64,000 bases of DNA from a virus (IMGVR_UViG_3300023180_000042:1-64000); one strand, 5' to 3'. Shown: positions 30,326 through 40,601, counted from the first letter of the stretch. The notes: generated by a model not told the origin, from the sequence alone. Translations and numbers: made by a program.

Positions 30326-31798
30326 ATGCCAGGCGTAAAGATTACAGACTTAGAAGAATTAGCACAAGCGCCTGCTGATGATGACATTCTTGTCATTGTC
30401 GATCTTGATGCAAACGCTACTAAGTTTATTTCAGTTGAAAATCTTCTAGAGCCAGCAAGTGCGGCGGCATCTGCCGGCACTGCTGACAAACTTCTGATCG
30501 AAGCGACTGATGCAGATGTTACATTTTATCTGGGTATGTTTCCTAACGCGCCTGGCACACCAGCGGCAGACTCCTGTAAAGTTGATACTGACTTAAGATA
30601 TAACGCACTTACAAACACGCTGACAACTGGATTCTTTGCAGGTAACGGTGCTAATCTAACGGGCGTTCTTGCAGATAGTGCCGCAAGAGCAACAACTGCG
30701 ATTGAAGCCCAACGAGCATTATTTGCAGAAGCCGCTCTAAGTGCTGATAGCGCAGACTTTGCGACTCAAGCAGTTTCAGCAGAACGAGCAGACAGTGCAA
30801 CAAACGCGACCAATGCTGTGTTTGCAACAACTGCGAACTTTGCGTTTGGTGCTGACAGTGCAAACAGAGCGACCACAGCAATTCAAGCGGATCGCGCAAC
30901 TCAAGCAGATAGTGCAATCAATGCCACTTTAGCAAATACTGCTTTGACTGCAAACTTTGCTATCGATGCAGATAGCGCAAACTATGCTACAACTGCTGGC
31001 TTTGCGCTAACTGCTGGCAATGCTGAAACTGCTGATAGTGCTGTCAATGCTACATTTGCAAACACCGCATTAACTGCTGAGAACGCAATTACTGCTGACA
31101 GTGCTATTAATGCATCGAATGCGGTATTAGCCGATGTTGCTGAACTTGCTAGACGCCTTGGAAACTTTATTGATTCTGCAACAGGATCAAGAGCCCTTGG
31201 TGATCTGAAAGTAGATAGCGATTTGATTGTACAAGGCGACATTCGAAGCGTAAACGGAATTTTTTACGGTGATGGATCTGGCTTAACAAACGTTACTAGT
31301 ACGACTGTGGCTTTGGCGACTCAGCAAACCGATGCCAAAGCTATTGACTCGGCGGGCAAACACTATCTCATGTTGCGTACCGTAGAGTTAGGATATGATA
31401 GTGTTGCCACTACTGCACTTCTTACTTATGATCCCGCAACATTTACACTCAGCGCAAATGCATTCTCTGGCGATGGCTCTAACTTAACAAACGTTACTGC
31501 TATTCAAGCGACCAACGCAGAAAACGTTGATGTAACAACTGTTGGCGATAGTGCGCTTTATTTTGTGCATTTAGGAAGTACCACATCTGGTAATGATAAC
31601 GTCAACGTAAACACAAACCTAACCTACAATCCATTAAGAGGCAGACTATCTGCAACAATTTTCGATACTGGCGAATGGGAAGTGTACGAGAGTGCGGGTA
31701 ACTTAACTTTTGCACACAACGGTACGAAACAGATGAGTCTTTCTGAGAATGGTGATCTTGCTATTGCTGGCACACTGTCTCAAAGTGCAACAATATAA
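30326..31798 (+). CDS. Ala-rich fibre protein (KITDL N-terminal family)
   Basis: VKITDL..DDDILVIVD..TKFI start, ADSA repeats, LxYNP and GDGSxLTNV fibre motifs. Confidence 0.65.
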   Translation: MPGVKITDLEELAQAPADDDILVIVDLDANATKFISVENLLEPASAAASAGTADKLLIEATDADVTFYLGMFPNAPGTPAADSCKVDTDLRYNALTNTLTTGFFAGNGANLTGVLADSAARATTAIEAQRALFAEAALSADSADFATQAVSAERADSATNATNAVFATTANFAFGADSANRATTAIQADRATQADSAINATLANTALTANFAIDADSANYATTAGFALTAGNAETADSAVNATFANTALTAENAITADSAINASNAVLADVAELARRLGNFIDSATGSRALGDLKVDSDLIVQGDIRSVNGIFYGDGSGLTNVTSTTVALATQQTDAKAIDSAGKHYLMLRTVELGYDSVATTALLTYDPATFTLSANAFSGDGSNLTNVTAIQATNAENVDVTTVGDSALYFVHLGSTTSGNDNVNVNTNLTYNPLRGRLSATIFDTGEWEVYESAGNLTFAHNGTKQMSLSENGDLAIAGTLSQSATI

Positions 31799-31801
31799 AT
31801 A
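31794..31801 (+). promoter_or_regulatory. T4-type late promoter TATAAATA
   Basis: Exact motif overlapping a stop codon. Confidence 0.75.
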
Positions 31802-31831
31802 TTGACAGCCGCAAAGTATTGAGGAAATAAA

Positions 31832-33253
31832 ATGGCAGACATTAGAATTTCAGAATTGCAAGAATTGATCAACGTTCAAGACAGTGACGTTCTTGTGATC
31901 AATGATATTACTGCGGCTACTACCAAAAAGATTACTCGTGATCGCTTTCTTGTAGGCATCACACGGAACGTTTTTGACTCCGCAAATAACGCAGTTGTAA
32001 AGCAAGACTTAAAGGTCAACAACGATCTGATCGTTGGTGGTGATATCGAAGCGACAGGTGATATTTCGTTTGGTTCATTGACCGACGTTACTGCTGGTAT
32101 TACAGCACTTCGATTTATTGGCACTGGTATTGAAAATAATGACAGTAATGGTGCTATTCCAACTGCGGCGGCTGTTGCTGATTATCTCGATTACTTCTTG
32201 CAGGATCTTTATGACTCTGCTACACTACCAGTCACGCTCAATGCGTTGACAGATGTTAGTATTGTCACGCCACTCGCAAATGAAGTTCTAAAGTACGATG
32301 GCTCAAACTGGATCAATGCGATTGACTCTGCGGGTATTACAAATCTTGGTGCACTTGATGATGTAATCATTTCAAGTCTTACTGACGGTCAGGCACTGAA
32401 GTATAATGGATCTTACTGGGTAAACGCAACTGACTCAGCCGGTCCAACTAATCTTTATCAGCTAGACGATATTTTTATCGACTCAGCACTGTCGGCTAAT
32501 CCTCTTACGACTGGACAAGTTCTCAAGTGGAACGGAACTAAGTGGGCTAACGCTAACGACTCTAGCGGTGGTGGCGGTGGTGCTGGCGGTGGACTCGACA
32601 GTGCGCTGACATTGCAACTGATTAGTTCGTCTGTCAATCTGAATACGCTTTCTGGTGTAGCAATCTCTGCACCCTCGACAAATCAGGTTCTCAAGTACAA
32701 TGGGTCTCAGTGGGTAAATGCCGCTGACTCTGTTGGTGCTGGCGGAAGTAATGCTCTCAACGATTTGACCGATGTTGTCATCTCAACACCTAGCACGAAT
32801 CAAGTTCTGAAGTATAATGGTTCTAACTGGGTAAATGCGGCTGACTCCGTTGGCGGAGCTGGCGCTGGTTTATCGTCTCGCGGCACATTCAATACTGTCA
32901 CCGCTTCGTTGAGCAATAATGACTCAGTAGACGTGAACATTACTGGAGCATATAAAGGTTATTCGATGCTCAAGATTCAAACAGACGTTGCGGCATGGGT
33001 AAGAGTCTACACTGATTCGGCTTCGCGTACTGCTGATCTCGGTCGGCTTTCGTCAGAAGATCCAGCACCAGGCTCTGGTGTTGTAACTGAGGTAATCACA
33101 TCGGGTGCAGAGACAATCAACTTGGCTCCTGGACCTATCGGCTTTAACAATTCGTCGCCCGTAACTGACACTATTCCTATCAAGATCGTAAATCTAAGTG
33201 GAGGTGCATCCGCGGTCGACGTTACACTTACGGCGTTGAAGCTTGAAGCATGA
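31832..33253 (+). CDS. Fibre protein with five L-x-D-V..LK(Y/W)(N/D)G..W-x-N-A-x-D-S repeats
   Basis: RISEL N-terminus; five repeats at about 32235-32860; C-terminal WVRVYTD..R..D..DPAPGSGVVTEVIT domain. Confidence 0.7.
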   Translation: MADIRISELQELINVQDSDVLVINDITAATTKKITRDRFLVGITRNVFDSANNAVVKQDLKVNNDLIVGGDIEATGDISFGSLTDVTAGITALRFIGTGIENNDSNGAIPTAAAVADYLDYFLQDLYDSATLPVTLNALTDVSIVTPLANEVLKYDGSNWINAIDSAGITNLGALDDVIISSLTDGQALKYNGSYWVNATDSAGPTNLYQLDDIFIDSALSANPLTTGQVLKWNGTKWANANDSSGGGGGAGGGLDSALTLQLISSSVNLNTLSGVAISAPSTNQVLKYNGSQWVNAADSVGAGGSNALNDLTDVVISTPSTNQVLKYNGSNWVNAADSVGGAGAGLSSRGTFNTVTASLSNNDSVDVNITGAYKGYSMLKIQTDVAAWVRVYTDSASRTADLGRLSSEDPAPGSGVVTEVITSGAETINLAPGPIGFNNSSPVTDTIPIKIVNLSGGASAVDVTLTALKLEA

Positions 33254-36200
33254 CATTAAAAGTCTATCACGTCATATTGCATCGTACAGAGGATCTGGAT
33301 GCATTTTATGCTGATATGGAGACGCCGGGAGGCTATCTCCATATACCAGATCGTGCTGTTGATTATGCCGCAAGGCTTCCTTTCAGTAAAGTCACTGCAT
33401 ATCGTCTAACAGACGAAGAAGCGGAACAAGTAAAACAAGATCCTCGTGTTCGTGCAGTTGAACCTGCACTTGAAGACCACGGCATTTTTGCGAAGCCCAC
33501 TTGGACCGATACTGGTCAATGGCGCAAAGATGACGGCGCAAACGCAACAAACAGTCAACAAAACTGGGCTTTGTATCAGTGTACCCGAGATACAATCTCT
33601 ACCACATATGGCACAGACGGCACAGCACTTGTCATATCACAAACTTCAGCCAATGCTGAAGGAAAAGACGTTGATGTCATTGTTGTCGATGGCATTCCCA
33701 ATTTAGATCACCCAGAATTTGCTGTCAATGCTGACGGCACGGGTGGATCACGCATCATTCAATACAACTGGTTTCAACATACTGATTCTGTTACGGGCGG
33801 TGCATATGCAAATGGAACGTGGGATTATACTACAGAATCGCTAGGTGATTCAGAAAACAATAACCATGGCACACACGTCATGGGCACAGTTGCGGGTAAT
33901 AGACAGGGTTGGGCACGAAAAGCAAATCTGTACTCGATCAGTCCGTATGGTTCTAACTACAATTGGACATCTACTGGCATTAGTTCTAGTTATGTATTTG
34001 ACTACGTACGAGCGTTTCATCGAAATAAAAGCATCAATCCTAGAACTGGTCGAAAGAATCCAACGATTATTAACAACAGTTGGGGTTACTCGTACCCTGA
34101 TACAGGCAATATCATCGACTCAGCTGGATCAGTAGAGCGAATTGTCTTTCGAGGAACAACGTACAACGGTCCCTTTACGACCGAGCAAATGCTAAACTAT
34201 GGTGTTCCACCTTATTGGGCTTACACAAAAGCCGCGGTCGACGCTGGTATTCCTATTGAAGTTGCTGATGGTGTCTATACCACTCCGCCAGCAAAAGTCA
34301 CAAGCATTGGATGGAAGCTTACAACTCCCGCAACAAAAACACAAGAGTGCATCGACGATGGAATCATTGTGGTTTCTGCGGCGGGTAACAGTTCTCAGTA
34401 CATTGATTCGTCGAATGGCGATGATTATAATAATAAGTTGTTTTTAAAATATAATGCGTTTCCTGCTACCATCTCTGCATTTCAAGGAGCGAGCGATTCA
34501 GCGATATACTATCATCGAGGGTCAGCACCCGGAAATACTTCGTTGTGTATTGGTAATGCATCCATCTATCAAAACAATCAGAGAGAATTTTCAAGCAACT
34601 TCGGTCCTAGAATCGATCTCTTTGCGCCTGGTGATGAGATCATTAGCGCAATTCGTCACAATGATTTTTATGACAACATCGTAACTGATCCAAGAAATGC
34701 ATCATACTATTACGGAATCATTGGTGGCACAAGTATGTCTGCACCTCAGGTGACAGGTGTTCTTGCATCTATTCTTCAGATTAATCCAGACTTTAGACAA
34801 GCAGACGCAAAGAGATACATTCAAGGCACAGCATTCACAGGTGCGATGTTCGATTCTTCAACTGATTGGGGAAATGTCACAACGTATGGCTGGAATACTC
34901 TTTATGCTTTGAGTACAGATTTAAAAGATACAGTTGACTTGTATCTTCGTTATAGAGAAGAACGTGCAAGTGTTGGTGTCACACTTCCAAAAATAAATAA
35001 TAGAGAAAGACCAACAACGGGTGTTCTTTGGCCTAGACCTAAAGTTATTAAGACACGCAGAAGCACTGGTGATATTCTTTATCCTTCGCCTGATGCTGAT
35101 CTTGCACTAGCACCGCTTGACGCTCAAACTTCATATGCGGGTACTTTCACGGCTAACTTTGTGGGCGATTCTGCTATTACATATACGGGTGACTTCACAA
35201 CTGATTACACAAGTATTGACATATACGTCAATGACAGCACAGGACTAGATTATAGCCCAGCCTATGCGAGTGGTTATATTGGCGACTTTACTGCTGTTTA
35301 TACGGGAAATTATCTTGGAGCGTATGAAGGAAATTATAATCTAACTTATGCAAGTACAGCGTATCTAAGTCGTTATAGTGCGACAGACTACATTGGGTCG
35401 GATGGTTCATATGAAACCAGTTATAATAGCTTTTACGAAGGTCCATCGGGCACCTATTTAGCAACTTACGTGGGCACGATGGCGTACTTTGGTGATTATG
35501 TGGTATCACCCGACGAACTAGATTACACTACTGACTACGGCGTTGGCATAAAGTATACGGGAGATTATCAAGGTCCTGCACATCCGGGCTTTGAAACAAA
35601 TTATATTGGTTCTTATCAGTCTGAAGTTCAAGAAGGTGGTGGCACGTTCTTGGATTCAGTAACATACTCCGGTAACTTTATTAGTGATTACTCAAATCCA
35701 ACAGACTATGTATCTGATTATACAGGTAACTATGTAGCAAACTACCTTGCTACTATTATAGTTTACTCGTCTGAGTATATTTCCAATTACGCCGGTAATT
35801 ATACTCTTGAAGGCTATACTGGAGACTTTCTTGCCAACTTTACTGGAACTGAAGCATATACTTCAGACAGTGCGGGTGACGGCGCTATCATAATTTCAGA
35901 TTATCTGGGAACATATACTGGAAACTATGTTGACTCTGGTGATGCATCATACATTGGATCTTACTTGGGCGACTTCAGTGCGAATTACACAGGTAACTTC
36001 TCATCTAATCTAGAATACACTGGTGGAGATGGCGGCACATATTTGGGCGCATATCTAGGAAACTTTAGTGCGATTTACACAGGCAATTATGTCGGTGGGG
36101 CTTACCAGGCAACTTATGTCGGTGCATCGAACACTTCGTTGAATGTAACGAACAATGGTGCTTCTAACTACATTATTGATAGTGCATCGAACCCAACGTT

Positions 36201-36531
36201 GACACTTGAAAGAGACACTACATATACATTTAACTTAAGTGTCGGTGGACATCCGTTCTGGATTAAGACAGCGGCAACTACTGGAACTGGCGATCAGTTC
36301 AATACTGGTGTGACAAACAACGGCGCAGAAACAGGCACGTTGACGTTTACTCCTGACTCTGCCGCACCAAGTACTCTCTACTACATCTGTCAGTACCATA
36401 GCGGAATGGTAGGCACTATAAATATTGTTGCCGCCGGTTCTACAGACTACGTTACTGTCTTTACCGGTGTCGATCAAGAAAATTATATAGGTGACTTTAC
36501 AACATCGTTTACAGGCGGCTACAATGCATAA
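33250..36531 (+). CDS. Subtilisin-like (S8) serine protease fused to YxG[DN] repeats and a cupredoxin-like domain
   Basis: Catalytic triad DVIVVDG, HGTHVMGTVAG and GTSMSAPQVTG; oxyanion motif AAGNS; repeats at about 35130-36130; HPFWI...YICQYHSGM type-1 copper-like ligands. Confidence 0.85.
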   Translation: MTLKVYHVILHRTEDLDAFYADMETPGGYLHIPDRAVDYAARLPFSKVTAYRLTDEEAEQVKQDPRVRAVEPALEDHGIFAKPTWTDTGQWRKDDGANATNSQQNWALYQCTRDTISTTYGTDGTALVISQTSANAEGKDVDVIVVDGIPNLDHPEFAVNADGTGGSRIIQYNWFQHTDSVTGGAYANGTWDYTTESLGDSENNNHGTHVMGTVAGNRQGWARKANLYSISPYGSNYNWTSTGISSSYVFDYVRAFHRNKSINPRTGRKNPTIINNSWGYSYPDTGNIIDSAGSVERIVFRGTTYNGPFTTEQMLNYGVPPYWAYTKAAVDAGIPIEVADGVYTTPPAKVTSIGWKLTTPATKTQECIDDGIIVVSAAGNSSQYIDSSNGDDYNNKLFLKYNAFPATISAFQGASDSAIYYHRGSAPGNTSLCIGNASIYQNNQREFSSNFGPRIDLFAPGDEIISAIRHNDFYDNIVTDPRNASYYYGIIGGTSMSAPQVTGVLASILQINPDFRQADAKRYIQGTAFTGAMFDSSTDWGNVTTYGWNTLYALSTDLKDTVDLYLRYREERASVGVTLPKINNRERPTTGVLWPRPKVIKTRRSTGDILYPSPDADLALAPLDAQTSYAGTFTANFVGDSAITYTGDFTTDYTSIDIYVNDSTGLDYSPAYASGYIGDFTAVYTGNYLGAYEGNYNLTYASTAYLSRYSATDYIGSDGSYETSYNSFYEGPSGTYLATYVGTMAYFGDYVVSPDELDYTTDYGVGIKYTGDYQGPAHPGFETNYIGSYQSEVQEGGGTFLDSVTYSGNFISDYSNPTDYVSDYTGNYVANYLATIIVYSSEYISNYAGNYTLEGYTGDFLANFTGTEAYTSDSAGDGAIIISDYLGTYTGNYVDSGDASYIGSYLGDFSANYTGNFSSNLEYTGGDGGTYLGAYLGNFSAIYTGNYVGGAYQATYVGASNTSLNVTNNGASNYIIDSASNPTLTLERDTTYTFNLSVGGHPFWIKTAATTGTGDQFNTGVTNNGAETGTLTFTPDSAAPSTLYYICQYHSGMVGTINIVAAGSTDYVTVFTGVDQENYIGDFTTSFTGGYNA

Positions 36532-39500
36532 TGGATTTCTAGACAAAAGAAGAAGACATCTCAACCTGCGTGAAATGCAGGTCGAGAACGTGTTGCCTGA
36601 ACATTTTGCTCAGTTCTATCCTAAGTTTATCGCTCTGCTAAAAAACTACTACGAGTGGCAAGATCAGAACGATCCTAACGAGTTGTTAAATCATCTCTTC
36701 GCTGTTCGTGATATTAACGAAACTGACATCACACTACTCTCGTTTATCGAGGACGAGTTTCTTTTGGGTGAAGCATACTTCGAAGGCTTTGGTACAGAAG
36801 ACTTTGAAAAGCGAGCCGCCGCAAACTTCTCTAATACTCTGTTCAGATCAAAGGGTACAAAGTTTGCTATCGAATGGTTCTTTAGATCATTCTACGGTCT
36901 AGACGCTGACGTAATTTATCCAAAAGAAAACGTTTTCACACTAAACAATCCAAATTCGCAGGTTGGTCCTGACTCGTTGAGATACTTGACCAATGATAAG
37001 TTATATCAAACGTTCGCTCTGTTAATACGTGTTGGTGTGCCTATTTCAAAGTGGCGAGATATTTTCAAACTGTTTGTTCATCCTGCGGGCATGTATCTTG
37101 GTGCTGAAGTGTCGGTTGACGATGTTGTTACTCCAGCAATCAACGCTGTCATGCAAGACTCTGCTGTGGATCAGAGACCTTCTCCTGTTTGGACGCTAAC
37201 ACGCTTTCTTGATAGTGCGGGTCGTTACGGTGAAGCTTACATCGGCGATCCTGTATACAACACACTGACAGGTAATATCGATAGTGTTCCAGAAGGAACA
37301 ATATTTAAGTATAAAATTAGCGGCACAAATATTCCAGCTGGTACAGGCACTGTTCGTTATTTTGTTGATCCTGCTGGTGGTGATCTTGCCAGTGATACAT
37401 CAACAAATGACTTCTACAATTTCGATTCGGCGGGCGCATTCAACTACACGCCGCCGTATGAAGTGCCTCTTAGAAGCAGTAAAGCAATTTTGCAGTTACA
37501 GCAAGACAGTCCGCTGGGACCTGCGTTTGGTTACTTTACAATACCAACAGGCATTGATAGTGTCGAAACAGAAGGTCAAGAAGCATTTACTGTATTCGTT
37601 GAAGACGTTGGTGAAAGAACCATCGCGTCCGATCGTGTAGTGTTAAACGATGTCATTACAAGATATCAAATGACACCCTTTGATCCTGTTGACGAAGGAA
37701 ATAATCTTTCGATTTTTGTATCGCACGGCTCAGGTTCTCTTTATGATGGTAACCCCAATACGAAAGCGTGGAATAGCACAACGCTGTACTGGTATGGTAA
37801 ACATATTTCAACAACCGATTCTGATTTTGTCACGCCGTTGCCTGACTCAAGCAGTCCACAACCCGTAAATATTAGACCAGCATCGATCAGTGGAAATCCT
37901 CCTAACGTCGGAACTGTGTCAGAAGGTTTAATCACTATTCCGATTCGTGGCGACACGGTATCAGAAAGCACAGAGCATTTCGCTGTAATACTTGAGACGT
38001 TCGAAGGAATTAAGAAAGACTCTGTAACTGTTGCGATTAACAACACAGCGGCTACGTTTACGGTCACACCGAGCGCGGCGAGCTATACTGAAGGTGATAC
38101 TCTTTCATTTACAATCAATCATAGTTCGCAAGATGGTGGCGATACAGTCACATGGCAATTTACTGGCGGGATAGCTAGTGATCCACGTCCACTTGCAACT
38201 TCTGGATCGTTTAACTTAAATAGCGGCACATCGACAACATTTAGCATTCAAGTTCGGGCTGATACTATTCAACGAGGTACAGTCGGAGGATTTTTTCAAG
38301 TTACGAATAGTAAATACAGTCCTGCTCTCGTAGCAACCTCTTCTGGTTTCAACGTGTTCGATCAAAATCCAGTATACAATCTTACGATGAATCCTACAAC
38401 CGCAAATGAAGGTGATACTGTTACATTCGATGTGTCTGGAAGCAACATTACTGACGGCACTTATTATCTTCAGATTGGTAATGTCGGCACAAATAATTTA
38501 GATTTCTTAACGTATGCTGGCAATGGAGGAGCTCCTGGACAAGGATTAAACTCACGTGCTTCAATTACGGTAACAAACAATAGTGGAACAAGTTCATCTC
38601 TTGTTTTTGCTGACAGTTCCGAAACTGCTGATGAATCTTTTTATGCGTATCTTCATTCAGATCCTGTAGTGTTCGATCCGCTTGTTTCTTCGTTAAATCA
38701 GATTCGTGGTGGTGCGGCGGCTACTTACACTCTTACTCCGAACAAAACACGTGTTCCAGAAGGTGAGACTTTAACGTTTACATTTACAACGACTGGCGCT
38801 GACGGAATATTCGATTGGCAAGTACGAACGTCCGACACTTTCTTAACTTTTGATGGATTACGAGGCTTAACGCCAAATGACTTTGGTAAACTAAATCCCA
38901 CCACAGGCGAGTGGGATGTCGATGAGCCTACAAATGTAGGACTGTATTCCTATTCGCAATTGCCATACGGAGATGAAGCAAGCGAAGGAAATGGAATGGT
39001 AGTTTCTGGTGGAACAGGAACGTTCTCGTTGCTAATTCGTGATGATGGTCAAGACGAAGATTCAGACGAACAAGATTTCTGGGCAATTGTTAAAAACAGT
39101 TCGGGTGTAACACTCGCTCAGTCTGCTTCTGTTCGTATCATCGATGCAGACGCAGTTGATTATAATCTGTACGTTGTTGAGCAAACGGGTGTGCGCGATA
39201 GTGCTGTTACAGAAGGTACTGAGAGTCTTGTATTAAACTTTACGACGAATGCGGCAGTTGACGAAAACTTGTATTTTGAATTGCAAAAGTCAGATGCTCT
39301 TGGTAGCCCTTGGTCTAGCAAATGGACAAACAATGCACAAAAATACATACCCTTTGCTGAAACTGATCCAGCATCTACAGCGATAAAACTTTTGTATACG
39401 CAAAATGGTGGTGCTGACATGGGCGCACCAATATTTGATGGCACATACGAAGGCGAGCAATTTGGCGTAGCGTATCTATCACGAAACGATTTTGCAAGTA

Positions 39501-40600
39501 ATGGTGGTGACGTACTCGACACAATGACGTTCTCTGTACTAGATGCGCCTGCAACATGGACATTAACTGCTAGCCCTTCGACTACTGTAGACGAAGGTGA
39601 TGCAATTTCGTGGAGTGTTGGTGGAACTAATATTCAAGACGGCACGTACTATTATAACATTACTGACTATGATGTAATTGAAACCGATCAAAGTGGTTCC
39701 GGTTCGGGGCAGTCTGCGATTCGCACAAGTGATCCAGAAGCACTGAACATTCCAAATGGCAGTGTATGTATTAACAATGCAAATGTGCCAGGAACTGTTA
39801 CAGGCGCATTTGCTGTGACCGTCAGTGGTTCTATATTATATTATCAAATCAACATGAGCGAAAACTTAACTGCAACCGTTCAGAACGCACGGCTAGTATT
39901 TGGCAGTGAAGAAGCTTTGGCTGACTTTAACTCAGGATCGGCAGGCACGTTCACTATGACAAGTAATAGTGGTGGATTTGCTACGTCTACAGCCACAAAT
40001 GACGATACGATTGATGACACATACACAATGGCTATATATGATCGAGCAGGTCCAACAGCACCAGCGGCAAGTGTAGGATTTACAATCACTGATACGACTG
40101 TGGGCGGTCCTGGTGGACAATCTACAGTGAACTTTGTTGCCGAACCCAGCATTGGCGGGTTCTTTGTCGCTGATCTGAAAGTTGTTACTGATGCAGATGC
40201 TCTTGCTACGGCGATATCATCCGTAGAGATTCGACCAGATGGTGGAGTATACGGAAAAGGCAATCTTGATCCTTTAGGCAGTAATGGAGTAACATTTATT
40301 AAGATCGGCACATGGCATCAATCAGCGACTACTACAGGTAACTTTACCGTAAGGGCTGAAATTATTTCTGGTCCTACTCTCACGTCAGTAGCACAGGGTA
40401 GCTACGGAACAGACTTATCATTGTCTTCTACTCAGTCTTGGTCGCATCAAGTGCGAGTCCGAGCGCCGAATTCTAGATTTACTTCAATGCAAGTTAGATA
40501 TACGATTACCGATGATGCTGATCCTACAAACACAGCTAGCCAAAACATAGTGTTTAACAGCGAAGTTGAATACATCGGAAATGCAGTAGAAACTCCATAA
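36524..40600 (+). CDS. gp7: Baseplate wedge initiator gp7-like protein with long Calx-beta/Ig-like C-terminal repeats
   Basis: LPEHFAQFYPKFIALLKNYYEW, SKGTKFAIEWFFRSFYG and FVHPAGMYL are gp7-like; followed by repeated (V/A)xEGxT.TF..D..DF..E..E.F.V units. ATG at 36524 overlaps the upstream stop. Confidence 0.7.
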   Translation: MHNGFLDKRRRHLNLREMQVENVLPEHFAQFYPKFIALLKNYYEWQDQNDPNELLNHLFAVRDINETDITLLSFIEDEFLLGEAYFEGFGTEDFEKRAAANFSNTLFRSKGTKFAIEWFFRSFYGLDADVIYPKENVFTLNNPNSQVGPDSLRYLTNDKLYQTFALLIRVGVPISKWRDIFKLFVHPAGMYLGAEVSVDDVVTPAINAVMQDSAVDQRPSPVWTLTRFLDSAGRYGEAYIGDPVYNTLTGNIDSVPEGTIFKYKISGTNIPAGTGTVRYFVDPAGGDLASDTSTNDFYNFDSAGAFNYTPPYEVPLRSSKAILQLQQDSPLGPAFGYFTIPTGIDSVETEGQEAFTVFVEDVGERTIASDRVVLNDVITRYQMTPFDPVDEGNNLSIFVSHGSGSLYDGNPNTKAWNSTTLYWYGKHISTTDSDFVTPLPDSSSPQPVNIRPASISGNPPNVGTVSEGLITIPIRGDTVSESTEHFAVILETFEGIKKDSVTVAINNTAATFTVTPSAASYTEGDTLSFTINHSSQDGGDTVTWQFTGGIASDPRPLATSGSFNLNSGTSTTFSIQVRADTIQRGTVGGFFQVTNSKYSPALVATSSGFNVFDQNPVYNLTMNPTTANEGDTVTFDVSGSNITDGTYYLQIGNVGTNNLDFLTYAGNGGAPGQGLNSRASITVTNNSGTSSSLVFADSSETADESFYAYLHSDPVVFDPLVSSLNQIRGGAAATYTLTPNKTRVPEGETLTFTFTTTGADGIFDWQVRTSDTFLTFDGLRGLTPNDFGKLNPTTGEWDVDEPTNVGLYSYSQLPYGDEASEGNGMVVSGGTGTFSLLIRDDGQDEDSDEQDFWAIVKNSSGVTLAQSASVRIIDADAVDYNLYVVEQTGVRDSAVTEGTESLVLNFTTNAAVDENLYFELQKSDALGSPWSSKWTNNAQKYIPFAETDPASTAIKLLYTQNGGADMGAPIFDGTYEGEQFGVAYLSRNDFASNGGDVLDTMTFSVLDAPATWTLTASPSTTVDEGDAISWSVGGTNIQDGTYYYNITDYDVIETDQSGSGSGQSAIRTSDPEALNIPNGSVCINNANVPGTVTGAFAVTVSGSILYYQINMSENLTATVQNARLVFGSEEALADFNSGSAGTFTMTSNSGGFATSTATNDDTIDDTYTMAIYDRAGPTAPAASVGFTITDTTVGGPGGQSTVNFVAEPSIGGFFVADLKVVTDADALATAISSVEIRPDGGVYGKGNLDPLGSNGVTFIKIGTWHQSATTTGNFTVRAEIISGPTLTSVAQGSYGTDLSLSSTQSWSHQVRVRAPNSRFTSMQVRYTITDDADPTNTASQNIVFNSEVEYIGNAVETP

Positions 40601-40601
40601 T

